Below, piece after piece: positions 1 through 7,991 of a DNA stretch of 64,000 bases. Position numbers and translations under genes: made by a program. The stretch is from Acidobacteriota bacterium (GTDB taxonomy: Bacteria; Acidobacteriota; UBA6911). The stretch is from positions 47,316-111,315 of the forward strand of contig JBBIMP010000014.1 of NCBI GenBank assembly GCA_037444305.1, written 5' to 3'. How positions within the stretch are numbered: the first letter of the stretch is position 1; each line of letters begins with the position of its first letter. The notes under the pieces are model-generated. The model had not been told where the DNA came from. It worked only from the letters and a program-made list of their open reading frames with translations, and did no database searches.

Positions 1-707
1 AGCGCGGCCATGGCAGAGCCCAGTTGCCCGGACGGGCCGTGCCCGCCGGCCATGTTGGTGACAACTGCGACCGCAGGCCGGGTGATGCGGCAGAGCTCGC
101 CGATCCCGCCCGGTCGCCTGGAATCGGCCTCGAAGATCGCGATGTGATCCGCCGGGCTGAGGCCGAAGAGGGACAGCGGCAGACCGCAGGGGCTCTCGTG
201 CGGGCAGGGCGGGCAGTAAACGCTGTGCTCGGACGCGAGCACCTGGCGGATGAATTCGCGGGTCAGCGTCTTCCCCAGGGCGCCCGCGACGGTCACCAGG
301 CTCCCGCGCCAGCGGCTGCGCACGGCGATGGCCAGGTCCCGGAGCGCCTCGTGCGTGTTCCTGACCCTCAAGAGGAGCCGTTCCCTCGGGAACCCCGGCG
401 CCACCCTCTGCGAACGGTCTACGACTGCGCCCGCGGCGCCCATCTGCAGCGCCTCCGCGATGCAGACCTGGCCTTCGCTCCCCGGCCGGGGAAGGGCGAA
501 GTAGAGGTTGCCGGGCTTCAAGTCCCCGGGATCGACGGCGACTCCGGTGGCATGATCGCCGCGCGAGCCGGAGACGAGCATCCCGTTTGTCACCATCTCC
601 ACCTCGCCCGCCGACAGGGACTCCAGAATCGGATCGCAAAAACCGTCGCCCGGACGGCTCGGCCACGGCCGAAAGGCCGGCATCTCGAGGCTGCTGTAGT
701 GGCTCAT
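1..707 (-). CDS. murF: UDP-N-acetylmuramoyl-tripeptide--D-alanyl-D-alanine ligase MurF, N-terminal part (runs off the window)
   Basis: The minus-strand frame is open to the window edge. The ATG at 705-707 overlaps the murE stop (ATGA). My own translation gives MSHYSSLEMPAF...GDLKPGNLYFALPRPGSEGQ...VTVAGALGKTLTREF (Mur-ligase N-domain plus GxxGKT loop). It sits after murE, as in the dcw order. It is absent from the ORF track because it has no end in the window. Confidence 0.85.
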   Translation of the reverse strand, partial: MSHYSSLEMPAFRPWPSRPGDGFCDPILESLSAGEVEMVTNGMLVSGSRGDHATGVAVDPGDLKPGNLYFALPRPGSEGQVCIAEALQMGAAGAVVDRSQRVAPGFPRERLLLRVRNTHEALRDLAIAVRSRWRGSLVTVAGALGKTLTREFIRQVLASEHSVYCPPCPHESPCGLPLSLFGLSPADHIAIFEADSRRPGGIGELCRITRPAVAVVTNMAGGHGPSGQLGSAMAA

Positions 708-2191
708 TGGTTCCGGCCTCCCCCGTCATGGTCCGACAGTCCCAGGATTTGCGCCGCCACCAGCCGGTCGTCGAACGGAATCGTGCGGCCTCCCGCGATC
801 TGCTGTGTCTCGTGGCCCTTGCCGGCAATGACGACAACATCGTTTGCCCTCGCGGCGGCGAGGGCTCTTTCGATGGCCTGCCGCCTGTCGGGCACGAGCT
901 GGAATTCGGCGCTCCCTTGCCGCAGGCCGGACTCGATTTGCTCGAGGATGCGGAGGGGATTCTCCGATCTCGGGTTGTCCGATGTGGCAATGACCAGCTG
1001 GCTCAGCCGGCCCGCAATTCTTCCCATCACCGGGCGTTTCTCGCGGTCGCGGTCCCCGCCGCAGCCGAACACCGTGATGATCCTGCCGTGCGGCAGGGAG
1101 CGGAGCGTCTCCAGCAGTTTCTCGAGCGCGTCCGGTGTGTGAGCGTAGTCGACTATCACGGTGAAACGCTGGCCCGCTTCGACCTTCTCCATCCTCCCTG
1201 GAATCCCGTCGAGCCGTTCTATCCCGTCGCGGATGGCGGCGAGGTCGATCCCCATAGCGAGCGAGGCGCCGGCGGCAGCCAGGATGTTGTAGCCGTTCGG
1301 CCTGCCCACCAGGCGGGTCTGCAGCTGAACCTCGCCGCGGGGGGTGCGCAGGCGCAGGGTCGAACCGGAGGTTTCGTAGCGGGCCTCCATCAGCCGGATG
1401 TCGGCGGACTCTGATTCGCCGAATCGCAGCACGGCGCACGCGGTTTCGCGGGCGAGGCGCCGGCCGTAGGCGTCATCCGTGTTCACGATCGCAGTCCGGA
1501 CGTCATTTCCGCCTTCGGGCACGAACAGGAGCCGTTTGGCCTGGTAGTACGTTTCCATGTCGCCGTGAAAGTCCAGGTGCTCGGGGGTGAGGTTGCAGAA
1601 GATCGCGGCGGCAAATTTGGCCCCGAGGACCCTTTTCATCGCCAGGGCGTGCGAGGAAACCTCCATCACCCCGTGCGTGCATCCCTCATCCGCCGCCTCT
1701 TTCAGAAACCTCATCAGATCCGGCGCTTCCGGGGTGGTGTGCGGGTTGGGAACGAACTCCCCGGCCGCCCTCATCCCGATCGTTCCCGCCAGCACGGGCT
1801 TGAGTCCCGCGCTGCGCAGGATCGCGTCGACGAGGAACGCCGTGGTCGTCTTTCCGTTCGTGCCCGTCACGGCTGCGAGCTTCAGCCGCCGGGTCGGGTA
1901 TCCGTAAAACCGGGCGGCTGCGGCGGCCAGAAAAGCGCGCGCGTCCCCCACTTCGATCACGGGCCCCGCAGGAGACGGGCCGGGCGCGGATTCCGACGCG
2001 ACTGCGGCGGCCCCCCTGGAAAATGCCTCCCCGATGAAGCGGCTGCCGTCCGCGTTCGCGCCGCGGATGGCCACGAACAAAAAGCCCGGCTCCACCCTGC
2101 GCGAGTCGTGCGTGATGCCCGTGATCCGCACGGCTGCATTCGCTGTCATGCTCGTGCCCGGTAGCCCTTCCAGAAGCTGATGCAGGAGCAT
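704..2191 (-). CDS. murE: UDP-N-acetylmuramoyl-L-alanyl-D-glutamate--2,6-diaminopimelate ligase
   Basis: 495 aa. The N-terminus ITGITHDSRRVEPGFLFVAIRG, the P-loop VTGTNGKTTT and the C-terminal DNPRSE motif are typical MurE. It is flanked by ftsI and murF. Confidence 0.95.
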   Translation of the reverse strand: MLLHQLLEGLPGTSMTANAAVRITGITHDSRRVEPGFLFVAIRGANADGSRFIGEAFSRGAAAVASESAPGPSPAGPVIEVGDARAFLAAAAARFYGYPTRRLKLAAVTGTNGKTTTAFLVDAILRSAGLKPVLAGTIGMRAAGEFVPNPHTTPEAPDLMRFLKEAADEGCTHGVMEVSSHALAMKRVLGAKFAAAIFCNLTPEHLDFHGDMETYYQAKRLLFVPEGGNDVRTAIVNTDDAYGRRLARETACAVLRFGESESADIRLMEARYETSGSTLRLRTPRGEVQLQTRLVGRPNGYNILAAAGASLAMGIDLAAIRDGIERLDGIPGRMEKVEAGQRFTVIVDYAHTPDALEKLLETLRSLPHGRIITVFGCGGDRDREKRPVMGRIAGRLSQLVIATSDNPRSENPLRILEQIESGLRQGSAEFQLVPDRRQAIERALAAARANDVVVIAGKGHETQQIAGGRTIPFDDRLVAAQILGLSDHDGGGRNQ

Positions 2192-2210
2192 GACCGTCTC
2201 CCTCGTCCCT

Positions 2211-4274
2211 TTACTGCTGTTTCGGAGGTGTGGGCGCCGGAGCCAGCCGCGCCGGCAGGTTCTCGCCGCGGGCGAAACTCACGTAGCAGATTTCTCCCGG
2301 CCCCACCGGAGTGCCCGCCGGGGGCACCTGCGAAACGGCGGCGCCGGAGCCGCTGGTCTGCACCCGGATCCCCAGCACGGACGCGCGCTCCACCACGTCT
2401 CTCTTAGCCAGCCCGTGGAAATCGGGAACGATCACTGTGTCGCCCGCCGGCATGGTGATCGTGTTGTCCTCGGTCCGGGCCGCGAATCGCGCCCAGGCTT
2501 CGGCCGGCACCGGTCTGAGCGGGGTTGCATCCGGCAGAAAGTCCTCTGCCGCGACCGCCAGCTCCGGCTTGGCGCGCGGCGGGGCCACGATCCGGTCCGG
2601 CGCCACCTTGAGTTTCATCAGGGTTTCCTGGGCGATCCGGGCGAATACCGGCGCGGCGACTTCGCCGCCGTAGATGGCCCCCCGGGGCTCGTCGATCTGC
2701 ACGAGAACGGTGATGCGCGGGTGGGGCAGCGGGGCAAAGCCGATGAAGGAGGACAGGTATTTGGATTTGGAATAGCGCCCGTCGACGATCTTTTGGGCGG
2801 TGCCGGTCTTGCCCGCGGCGCGATACCCCTCCAGGGCCGCGCGGCGGCCCGTCCCGCGGATCACGACTCCCTCGAAGGCATCCCGCACCGTGGCCGCCGT
2901 TTCCGGGCGCATGATGCGGGTGACTTCGGAACTCCGGGAGAACACCAGATCGCCCTCCTGGTCGATGATTCTGTCCACGACGGACGGCGTCACGCGGTAT
3001 CCGCCGTTGGCCACGGCGTTGGCCGCGACGAGCATCTGCATCGGCGTCACCCCCACCTCCTGGCCGAAGGAAATGGCGCCGATGGAGAGAGCGGACCACT
3101 TCTGCCAGTCGCGCACCAGGCCGACGATCTCTCCCGGCAGGTCCACGCCCGTCTTGCTGCCGAAGCCGAATCGGCGAAGCGATTCGTACAGGCGCCTTTC
3201 CCCGAGACGGAGGCCGAGCTTGGCGGCGCCGACGTTGGAGGAGAACTCCAGGACCTGGTTGTAAGTCAGGAGGCCGTAGGGTTTGTGGTCGCGGAAGGAA
3301 TGCCCTCCGATGCGGATGGAGCCCATCTGGCAGTCGATGACCTCGTGGGCGTGGGTAAGCCCCTCCTCCAGGGCCGCTGCCGCCACGACCACCTTGAAGG
3401 TGGAGCCCGGCTCGAACATGTCGATCACGGCCCGGTTCTTGTGATATTCCGCCGGTGCGAGATTGAAGCTGTTGGCGTCGAAAGTGGGATGGTTCGCCAT
3501 GGCCAGAATCCTTCCCGTGTCCGATTCCATCACGATCACGGTCCCGGACGACGCCCGGTATGCCTCCATCACGGCGGCGAGTTCCCGCTCGACGGTGTAC
3601 TGAATGGACTTGTTGAGGCTGAGGACCAGCGAATGACCCTGAACCGGCGGTTTTTCCACGCGGCCGTCGAAGGAGCGACGCCGGGCATCGACGGTGAACG
3701 ACATCTCCCCCTGCGCACCCCTCAGGGTCCGGTCGTACTGCAGCTCGAGGCCGGCCCCGGGCTCCCCCTCCAGGTTCACGAATCCCAGGACATGCGACGC
3801 CAACTGGCCGTTGGGGTACGCCCGCATGCTCTCCTCGAGGAAGTACACCCCCCGGAGCTGAAGGTCCTGGATCTGCAGGGCCGCCTTGGGATCGATCCTC
3901 CGCTTGACGACGACGAAGCTCTTCTTTGCAGGGTCGGCCAGCCTTTTTTCCAGGGTCCGCGGCTCGAGTTCCAGGATGGCGGCCAGGCTGCGGGCCGCCT
4001 TCCGCAGGTCCTGGATGTTCTTGGGCTCGGCCACGACGGTGTTGACGGTGACGCTGGTAGCCAGCTCATCCATCTGCGAGTCGTAGATCAGACCCCGCGG
4101 GGCCTGGACGGTCCTGGTGATCTGCAGGCGTTCGCGCGCGGCATCCGCGAGCTCCTGATGCCGCAGGATCTGCAACTGTCCGAGGCGCGCGCAGATCAGA
4201 CCGGTCCAGAGAGTGATAAACGCCATCACCAGGGCGATTCTGCCTGAGTTGGATCGCCTGCTGATGCCGGACAT
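2211..4274 (-). CDS. ftsI: Peptidoglycan D,D-transpeptidase FtsI (class B PBP) with a C-terminal PASTA-like segment
   Basis: 687 aa with an N-terminal TM anchor. Transpeptidase motifs are GSTFKVV (SxxK), SSNVG (SxN) and KTGTA (KTG). It sits between ftsL and murE in the dcw cluster. Confidence 0.9.
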   Translation of the reverse strand: MSGISRRSNSGRIALVMAFITLWTGLICARLGQLQILRHQELADAARERLQITRTVQAPRGLIYDSQMDELATSVTVNTVVAEPKNIQDLRKAARSLAAILELEPRTLEKRLADPAKKSFVVVKRRIDPKAALQIQDLQLRGVYFLEESMRAYPNGQLASHVLGFVNLEGEPGAGLELQYDRTLRGAQGEMSFTVDARRRSFDGRVEKPPVQGHSLVLSLNKSIQYTVERELAAVMEAYRASSGTVIVMESDTGRILAMANHPTFDANSFNLAPAEYHKNRAVIDMFEPGSTFKVVVAAAALEEGLTHAHEVIDCQMGSIRIGGHSFRDHKPYGLLTYNQVLEFSSNVGAAKLGLRLGERRLYESLRRFGFGSKTGVDLPGEIVGLVRDWQKWSALSIGAISFGQEVGVTPMQMLVAANAVANGGYRVTPSVVDRIIDQEGDLVFSRSSEVTRIMRPETAATVRDAFEGVVIRGTGRRAALEGYRAAGKTGTAQKIVDGRYSKSKYLSSFIGFAPLPHPRITVLVQIDEPRGAIYGGEVAAPVFARIAQETLMKLKVAPDRIVAPPRAKPELAVAAEDFLPDATPLRPVPAEAWARFAARTEDNTITMPAGDTVIVPDFHGLAKRDVVERASVLGIRVQTSGSGAAVSQVPPAGTPVGPGEICYVSFARGENLPARLAPAPTPPKQQ

Positions 4275-4276
4275 GA

Positions 4277-4735
4277 TCAGTTATCGTTGGAAGTTTTTCC
4301 CGACGCTCCCGATGCGGGCTGTGACTCGGCCAGGACTAATGTCGTCTCGCCGCCGGCCTCCACGCTCCGGATCCTGCCGGGTAAAATCTGTTCTAACCGG
4401 ATCGGCGCCATGCCCAATTGCCCCACTGCGAAGGCTTCGATTCGGGCCGGACGCTTCAGGTATTCCTCCTCGAGTATCAGCTCGCCGTGGAGGCGAAGGG
4501 CTGTGTTCTCGCGCTTCAGCAACTCCTGGGTTTCGTATCCCATGTCGACCATCCGGACGCGGATCCAGAGGTGGAAGCCGAGGACGCCCGCCACCATGAG
4601 GATGCAGATCAGGGCGGCCAGCATTTCCTGCAGGTTCCGGATGTCCATGTGCCGGGCTATCGTGTAGTTTCGGCCTTCCATGCCCTCTGCCCAATCTGCC
4701 ATCGCCCCCTCCATTCTCACGTTCGCATGCTGCAT
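4277..4735 (-). CDS. ftsL: Cell division protein FtsL-like (small bitopic membrane protein)
   Basis: It has a single TM segment (LAALICILMVAGVLGFHLWI) followed by a coiled-coil-like stretch. It lies between rsmH and ftsI. The exact start is uncertain because there are several in-frame Met codons. Confidence 0.6.
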   Translation of the reverse strand: MQHANVRMEGAMADWAEGMEGRNYTIARHMDIRNLQEMLAALICILMVAGVLGFHLWIRVRMVDMGYETQELLKRENTALRLHGELILEEEYLKRPARIEAFAVGQLGMAPIRLEQILPGRIRSVEAGGETTLVLAESQPASGASGKTSNDN

Positions 4736-4813
4736 CGGCCGTGGCGTCCTTCAGCGCTTCCGGCACCGGGTCCGCAAGCTGTTCAGCGCGCCGGTGAGCC
4801 GGGCGCGCACGGG

Positions 4814-5770
4814 TCAAATCCTCTCCAAGGCCCTCAGGCGGGCGCTCCTCGACCGGGGATTCGAGGCGATTTCCGCGGCGCTTGGGGTTCGGGATCGCGA
4901 AAATACCGGCCGCGCGAGCGCCCGCCTGGGGCAGGTGCAGAGCGCGGGCGCTCTATTGCAGACGCACCGTCCGCTGAGCATCCGGAACGCGGACTTGACG
5001 ATCCGGTCCTCGAGCGAATGAAAGGCGATCGCAACGATTCTGCCGCCGGGCTTGAGGAACCGGAGCACCCCGGCGAAGAAGTCCTCCAGCCCTTCGAGTT
5101 CCTGGTTGACGGCGATGCGCAAGGCCTGGAACGTCTGCGTGGCCGGATGGATGCCGTGCGTGCGGCGCCGGCCGGCCGCCCGCGCGACGATTTCGGCAAG
5201 CTGGGCGCACCGGGTGATGGGTCCGTGGGCGCGGGCCGCGACGATGGCGGCTGCGATCCGGCGGGAGCGCTTTTCTTCGCCATAGCGGTAGATGATCCCG
5301 GCGAGCTGCTCCTGGCTGAGGTTGTTCACGAGGTCGGCCGCGGTGGGGCGCTGACCGCGATCCATGCGCATGTCGAGCATAGCCGTCGAACTGAAGCTGA
5401 AACCCCGATTTTCGCTGAGCAGCTGATAGCTGGAGATGCCGAGGTCGACGAGAATCCCATCCACCGGCCTCAGGTCCAGATTGTTCAGGACCAGCGGGAG
5501 GTTTTTGAAGTTCTCGTGGAACAGCCGTGTCGCTCCCTCATGTTCCCTGAGCCGGCGGCGGGCTATTTCCAGGGAGTCCCTATCCCGGTCGATCCCGATC
5601 AGCATCCCCACCGGTCCGATCCTCTCGAGGATGGCCAGGGCGTGTCCGCCCAGCCCCAGGGTCGCGTCGACGTAAACCCCGCCCGGTTCGCATCCCAGGG
5701 CGCCGATCACCTCCTCCACCATGACGGGCACGTGATCGGGTTCGCAGCTGTCGGTGAAGCTGTCTTTCAT
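4814..5770 (-). CDS. rsmH: 16S rRNA (cytosine1402-N4)-methyltransferase RsmH/MraW
   Basis: Motifs HVPVMVEEV, DATLGLGGHA and VDLGISSYQL are present. I prefer the start at ATG 5768-5770 (MKDSFTD...), which removes the overlap with mraZ. The ORF track has an upstream alternative start at 5842. Confidence 0.9.
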   Translation of the reverse strand: MKDSFTDSCEPDHVPVMVEEVIGALGCEPGGVYVDATLGLGGHALAILERIGPVGMLIGIDRDRDSLEIARRRLREHEGATRLFHENFKNLPLVLNNLDLRPVDGILVDLGISSYQLLSENRGFSFSSTAMLDMRMDRGQRPTAADLVNNLSQEQLAGIIYRYGEEKRSRRIAAAIVAARAHGPITRCAQLAEIVARAAGRRRTHGIHPATQTFQALRIAVNQELEGLEDFFAGVLRFLKPGGRIVAIAFHSLEDRIVKSAFRMLSGRCVCNRAPALCTCPRRALARPVFSRSRTPSAAEIASNPRSRSARLRALERI

Positions 5771-5822
5771 CGTGGTATGCAGGGACGTTCGCACTATCCC
5801 TCCCTCGCAGACAACGCGCATT

Positions 5823-6263
5823 TCAGAACCCCTGCTCGGCAAGCCTCTCGCGGTCCAGGTCCGTTAGAGGCGCGTCGATGAGAGCTTTTCGGATGGCCTC
5901 CGTGTTCCAGATCTCCAGGTGGTCGGTTTTTCCGATCACGGTCACTTCGCCCGTGAGGCCGGCATCGTCGCGCAGGAACTGCGGGATCAGGATCCGGCCC
6001 TGGGGGTCCATCTGCGTCAGCAGCCCGTAGTAGCTCGTGAACTTCTGGTATTTCAGCTTGGCGGGATCCATGCGTGGGGGCTGCTGCAGCTTCTCGGCGA
6101 TCTGCTCCCAGATGGGCAGGGGGTAGATCTGTGCGCAGCGCCCATCGTCGCTGGTCACAAAGTAGACGTTGTCGACGGTTTCGGGGAGGTCGCGGCGGAA
6201 CTTGGCCGGGACCTTCAACCGGAACTTATTGTCGATCTTTGCCGGAAAGCTGCCCCATAGCAT
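5823..6263 (-). CDS. mraZ: Transcriptional regulator MraZ
   Basis: 146 aa from ATG 6261-6263: MLWGSFPAKIDNKFRLKVPAKFR ... DPQGRILIPQFLR, i.e. the duplicated DxxxR SpoVT/AbrB-like halves. It is the first gene of the dcw cluster. Confidence 0.92.
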   Translation of the reverse strand: MLWGSFPAKIDNKFRLKVPAKFRRDLPETVDNVYFVTSDDGRCAQIYPLPIWEQIAEKLQQPPRMDPAKLKYQKFTSYYGLLTQMDPQGRILIPQFLRDDAGLTGEVTVIGKTDHLEIWNTEAIRKALIDAPLTDLDRERLAEQGF

Positions 6264-6341
6264 ACGTCGCGCACCGCATAACGACTCAATTCTCGGAAAG
6301 ACCCAGTTTAAGGGGGAAAGGCATCCAAAGTATCCCGCTCT

Positions 6342-6374
6342 GACCACTTTGGACCACTTTGGACCACGGCCCAC
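6342..6374 (-). promoter_or_regulatory. Putative MraZ operator: three perfectly 10-bp-phased GTGGTC(CAAA) direct repeats plus a fourth GTGGG
   Basis: The plus strand reads GACCACTTTG GACCACTTTG GACCAC GGCCCAC. The minus strand therefore reads GTGGGCC GTGGTCCAAA GTGGTCCAAA GTGGTC. It lies 79-111 bp upstream of the mraZ ATG and immediately downstream of the predicted -10. Confidence 0.6.
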
Positions 6375-6403
6375 ACAATATGGCGCTTCTCGACTTCTGT
6401 CAA
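6375..6403 (-). promoter_or_regulatory. Sigma70-like promoter of the mraZ/dcw operon (Pmra)
   Basis: On the minus strand: TTGACA (6398-6403), a 17-nt spacer, then TATTGT (6375-6380). It directly abuts the repeat operator. Confidence 0.55.
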
Positions 6404-6680
6404 GAAGTTCTTGGGAAATTTTGCGCTTCTGGGGCCTCGACCGCGATTTTGACCGGCCGCCTATGTGCCCGAGTCGCGGAAGAGGGGAAAATGCGCGGGA
6501 TTCGGCTGAGGGCCAGCTTTCCTCGACCGCTGATTCCCGGCTCCGGCAGGGAGCAACCCCTGGTCGTGCTAAGATGTTTTTCAGCCGAAAAGCTGCCGTG
6601 CCCGCCGTGTTTCCCCGCGGCGAAGCGGCGAACACGGACGGGGACATCATGGTCATGCCGGCAAGCCGGGAGGGATTCGC

Positions 6681-7790
6681 ATGAAGATCGGGATCGTCGG
6701 CTTACCTCATTCCGGGAAGACCACGCTCTTCAACCTGCTCACGCACGGCCATGCGGAAACCTCGGCGTGGGGCGGCCGGATTGAAGCGCACCTGGGGGTG
6801 GCGAAGGTTCCGGATCCGCGGCTGGAGAGGCTGGCGGAAATCGTGAAACCGGAGAAGACCACCCACGCCACCATTGAATACGTCGACCTGCCGGGCATGG
6901 CACGCGGCGAGGCCAGGGCGGCGGCCGAAGCGGGCGGGACGGATCGCGGGCTGCACCTGCACAACCTGAAGAATGTCGATGCTCTCGTCCACGTGGTGCG
7001 CGCCTTCGAGGAGGCAAACATCCCGCACTCCGAGGGCTCCGTGGATCCCCGGCGCGACGTCGAGCTGTTCGAACTCGAGATGATGCTCTCCGACCTTGCC
7101 ATCGTGGAGAAGCGGCTGGAGCGGCTCTCCCGCGACCTGGCGAAATGCCGGAGCGCGGAACTGGAGGCGGAAAACCGATGGCTGCTGAAATGCAGGGAGG
7201 CCCTCGAGCAGGAACGGCCGCTTCGGGAACTGGATTTGACGGAAGACGAGGAAAAGGGGATACGGGGATTCACCTTCCTTTCGGCCAAGCCGCTCCTGAT
7301 AGTGCTCAATCTGGGGGATGGCGATGCGCGGAAAATCCCCGATGCGGCCCGCGAATTCGGGCTCGACGAGTTCGAATCGAAAGCCGGGGTCGGGGTTGCG
7401 GCGGTCTGTGGCCGGATCGAGGCGGAGATCGACGCGCTCGATGCCGAAGACGCCGGCATGTTCATGGACGACCTGGGGCTGACCGAAAGCGGCCTGACGC
7501 GCATCGTCGAGAGGTCTTACGCCCTCCTGGGGCTGGTATCGTTCTACACAATTGTGGGCCCGGAGGTTCGCGTTTGGCCGGTGCCGGCAGACACCCCGGC
7601 GGAAACCGCTGCCGGCGTAATCCACACGGATATCCAGAGGGGCTTCATCAAGGCCGAGGTCGTCTCCTTCGAGGAAATGGTGGAACTGGGATCCTTTGCC
7701 GCGGCCCGGAACAAGGGAGTGCTGCGGTTGGAAGGGAAGGAATACCCGGTCCGTGATGGGGATGTGATTCTCTTCCGGTTCAACGTCTGA
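6681..7790 (+). CDS. ychF: Ribosome-binding ATPase YchF
   Basis: 369 aa: MKIGIVGLPHSGKTTLFN (G1), and a C-terminal TGS-like VIHTDIQRGFIKAEV. Confidence 0.95.
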   Translation: MKIGIVGLPHSGKTTLFNLLTHGHAETSAWGGRIEAHLGVAKVPDPRLERLAEIVKPEKTTHATIEYVDLPGMARGEARAAAEAGGTDRGLHLHNLKNVDALVHVVRAFEEANIPHSEGSVDPRRDVELFELEMMLSDLAIVEKRLERLSRDLAKCRSAELEAENRWLLKCREALEQERPLRELDLTEDEEKGIRGFTFLSAKPLLIVLNLGDGDARKIPDAAREFGLDEFESKAGVGVAAVCGRIEAEIDALDAEDAGMFMDDLGLTESGLTRIVERSYALLGLVSFYTIVGPEVRVWPVPADTPAETAAGVIHTDIQRGFIKAEVVSFEEMVELGSFAAARNKGVLRLEGKEYPVRDGDVILFRFNV

Positions 7791-7991
7791 TTCCCTGGGA
7801 CAAGTCCTGCCCGTGTCCGCCCCTCCATTGCCGCGCCGGGCGAAGGAAAAACGCTCCTCCGATGCCAAAGACGGCAAGAAGGCGGACGCGGGGAGCACGC
7901 ATTTCGCCCGCGTGGCGCACTGTAGTATGCTTGGCCGACGCGATCGGGCCGCCGGGTCCGGCAGCGTGGGTTGCCCTGTAACCGAAGCACG

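Noticed and set aside
24-4247. Plus-strand ORFs 24..1142, 587..1414, 1565..2164 and 2190..4247 (up to 685 aa).
   Set aside because: They are antisense shadows of murF, murE and ftsI. They have no motifs, and their composition is that of the reverse-complement codon bias.
5823-6656. The 277-aa version of the mraZ ORF (upstream extension of 131 codons).
   Set aside because: MraZ homology begins at the Met at 6263. The extension would cover the promoter and the direct-repeat operator, and it has no homology.
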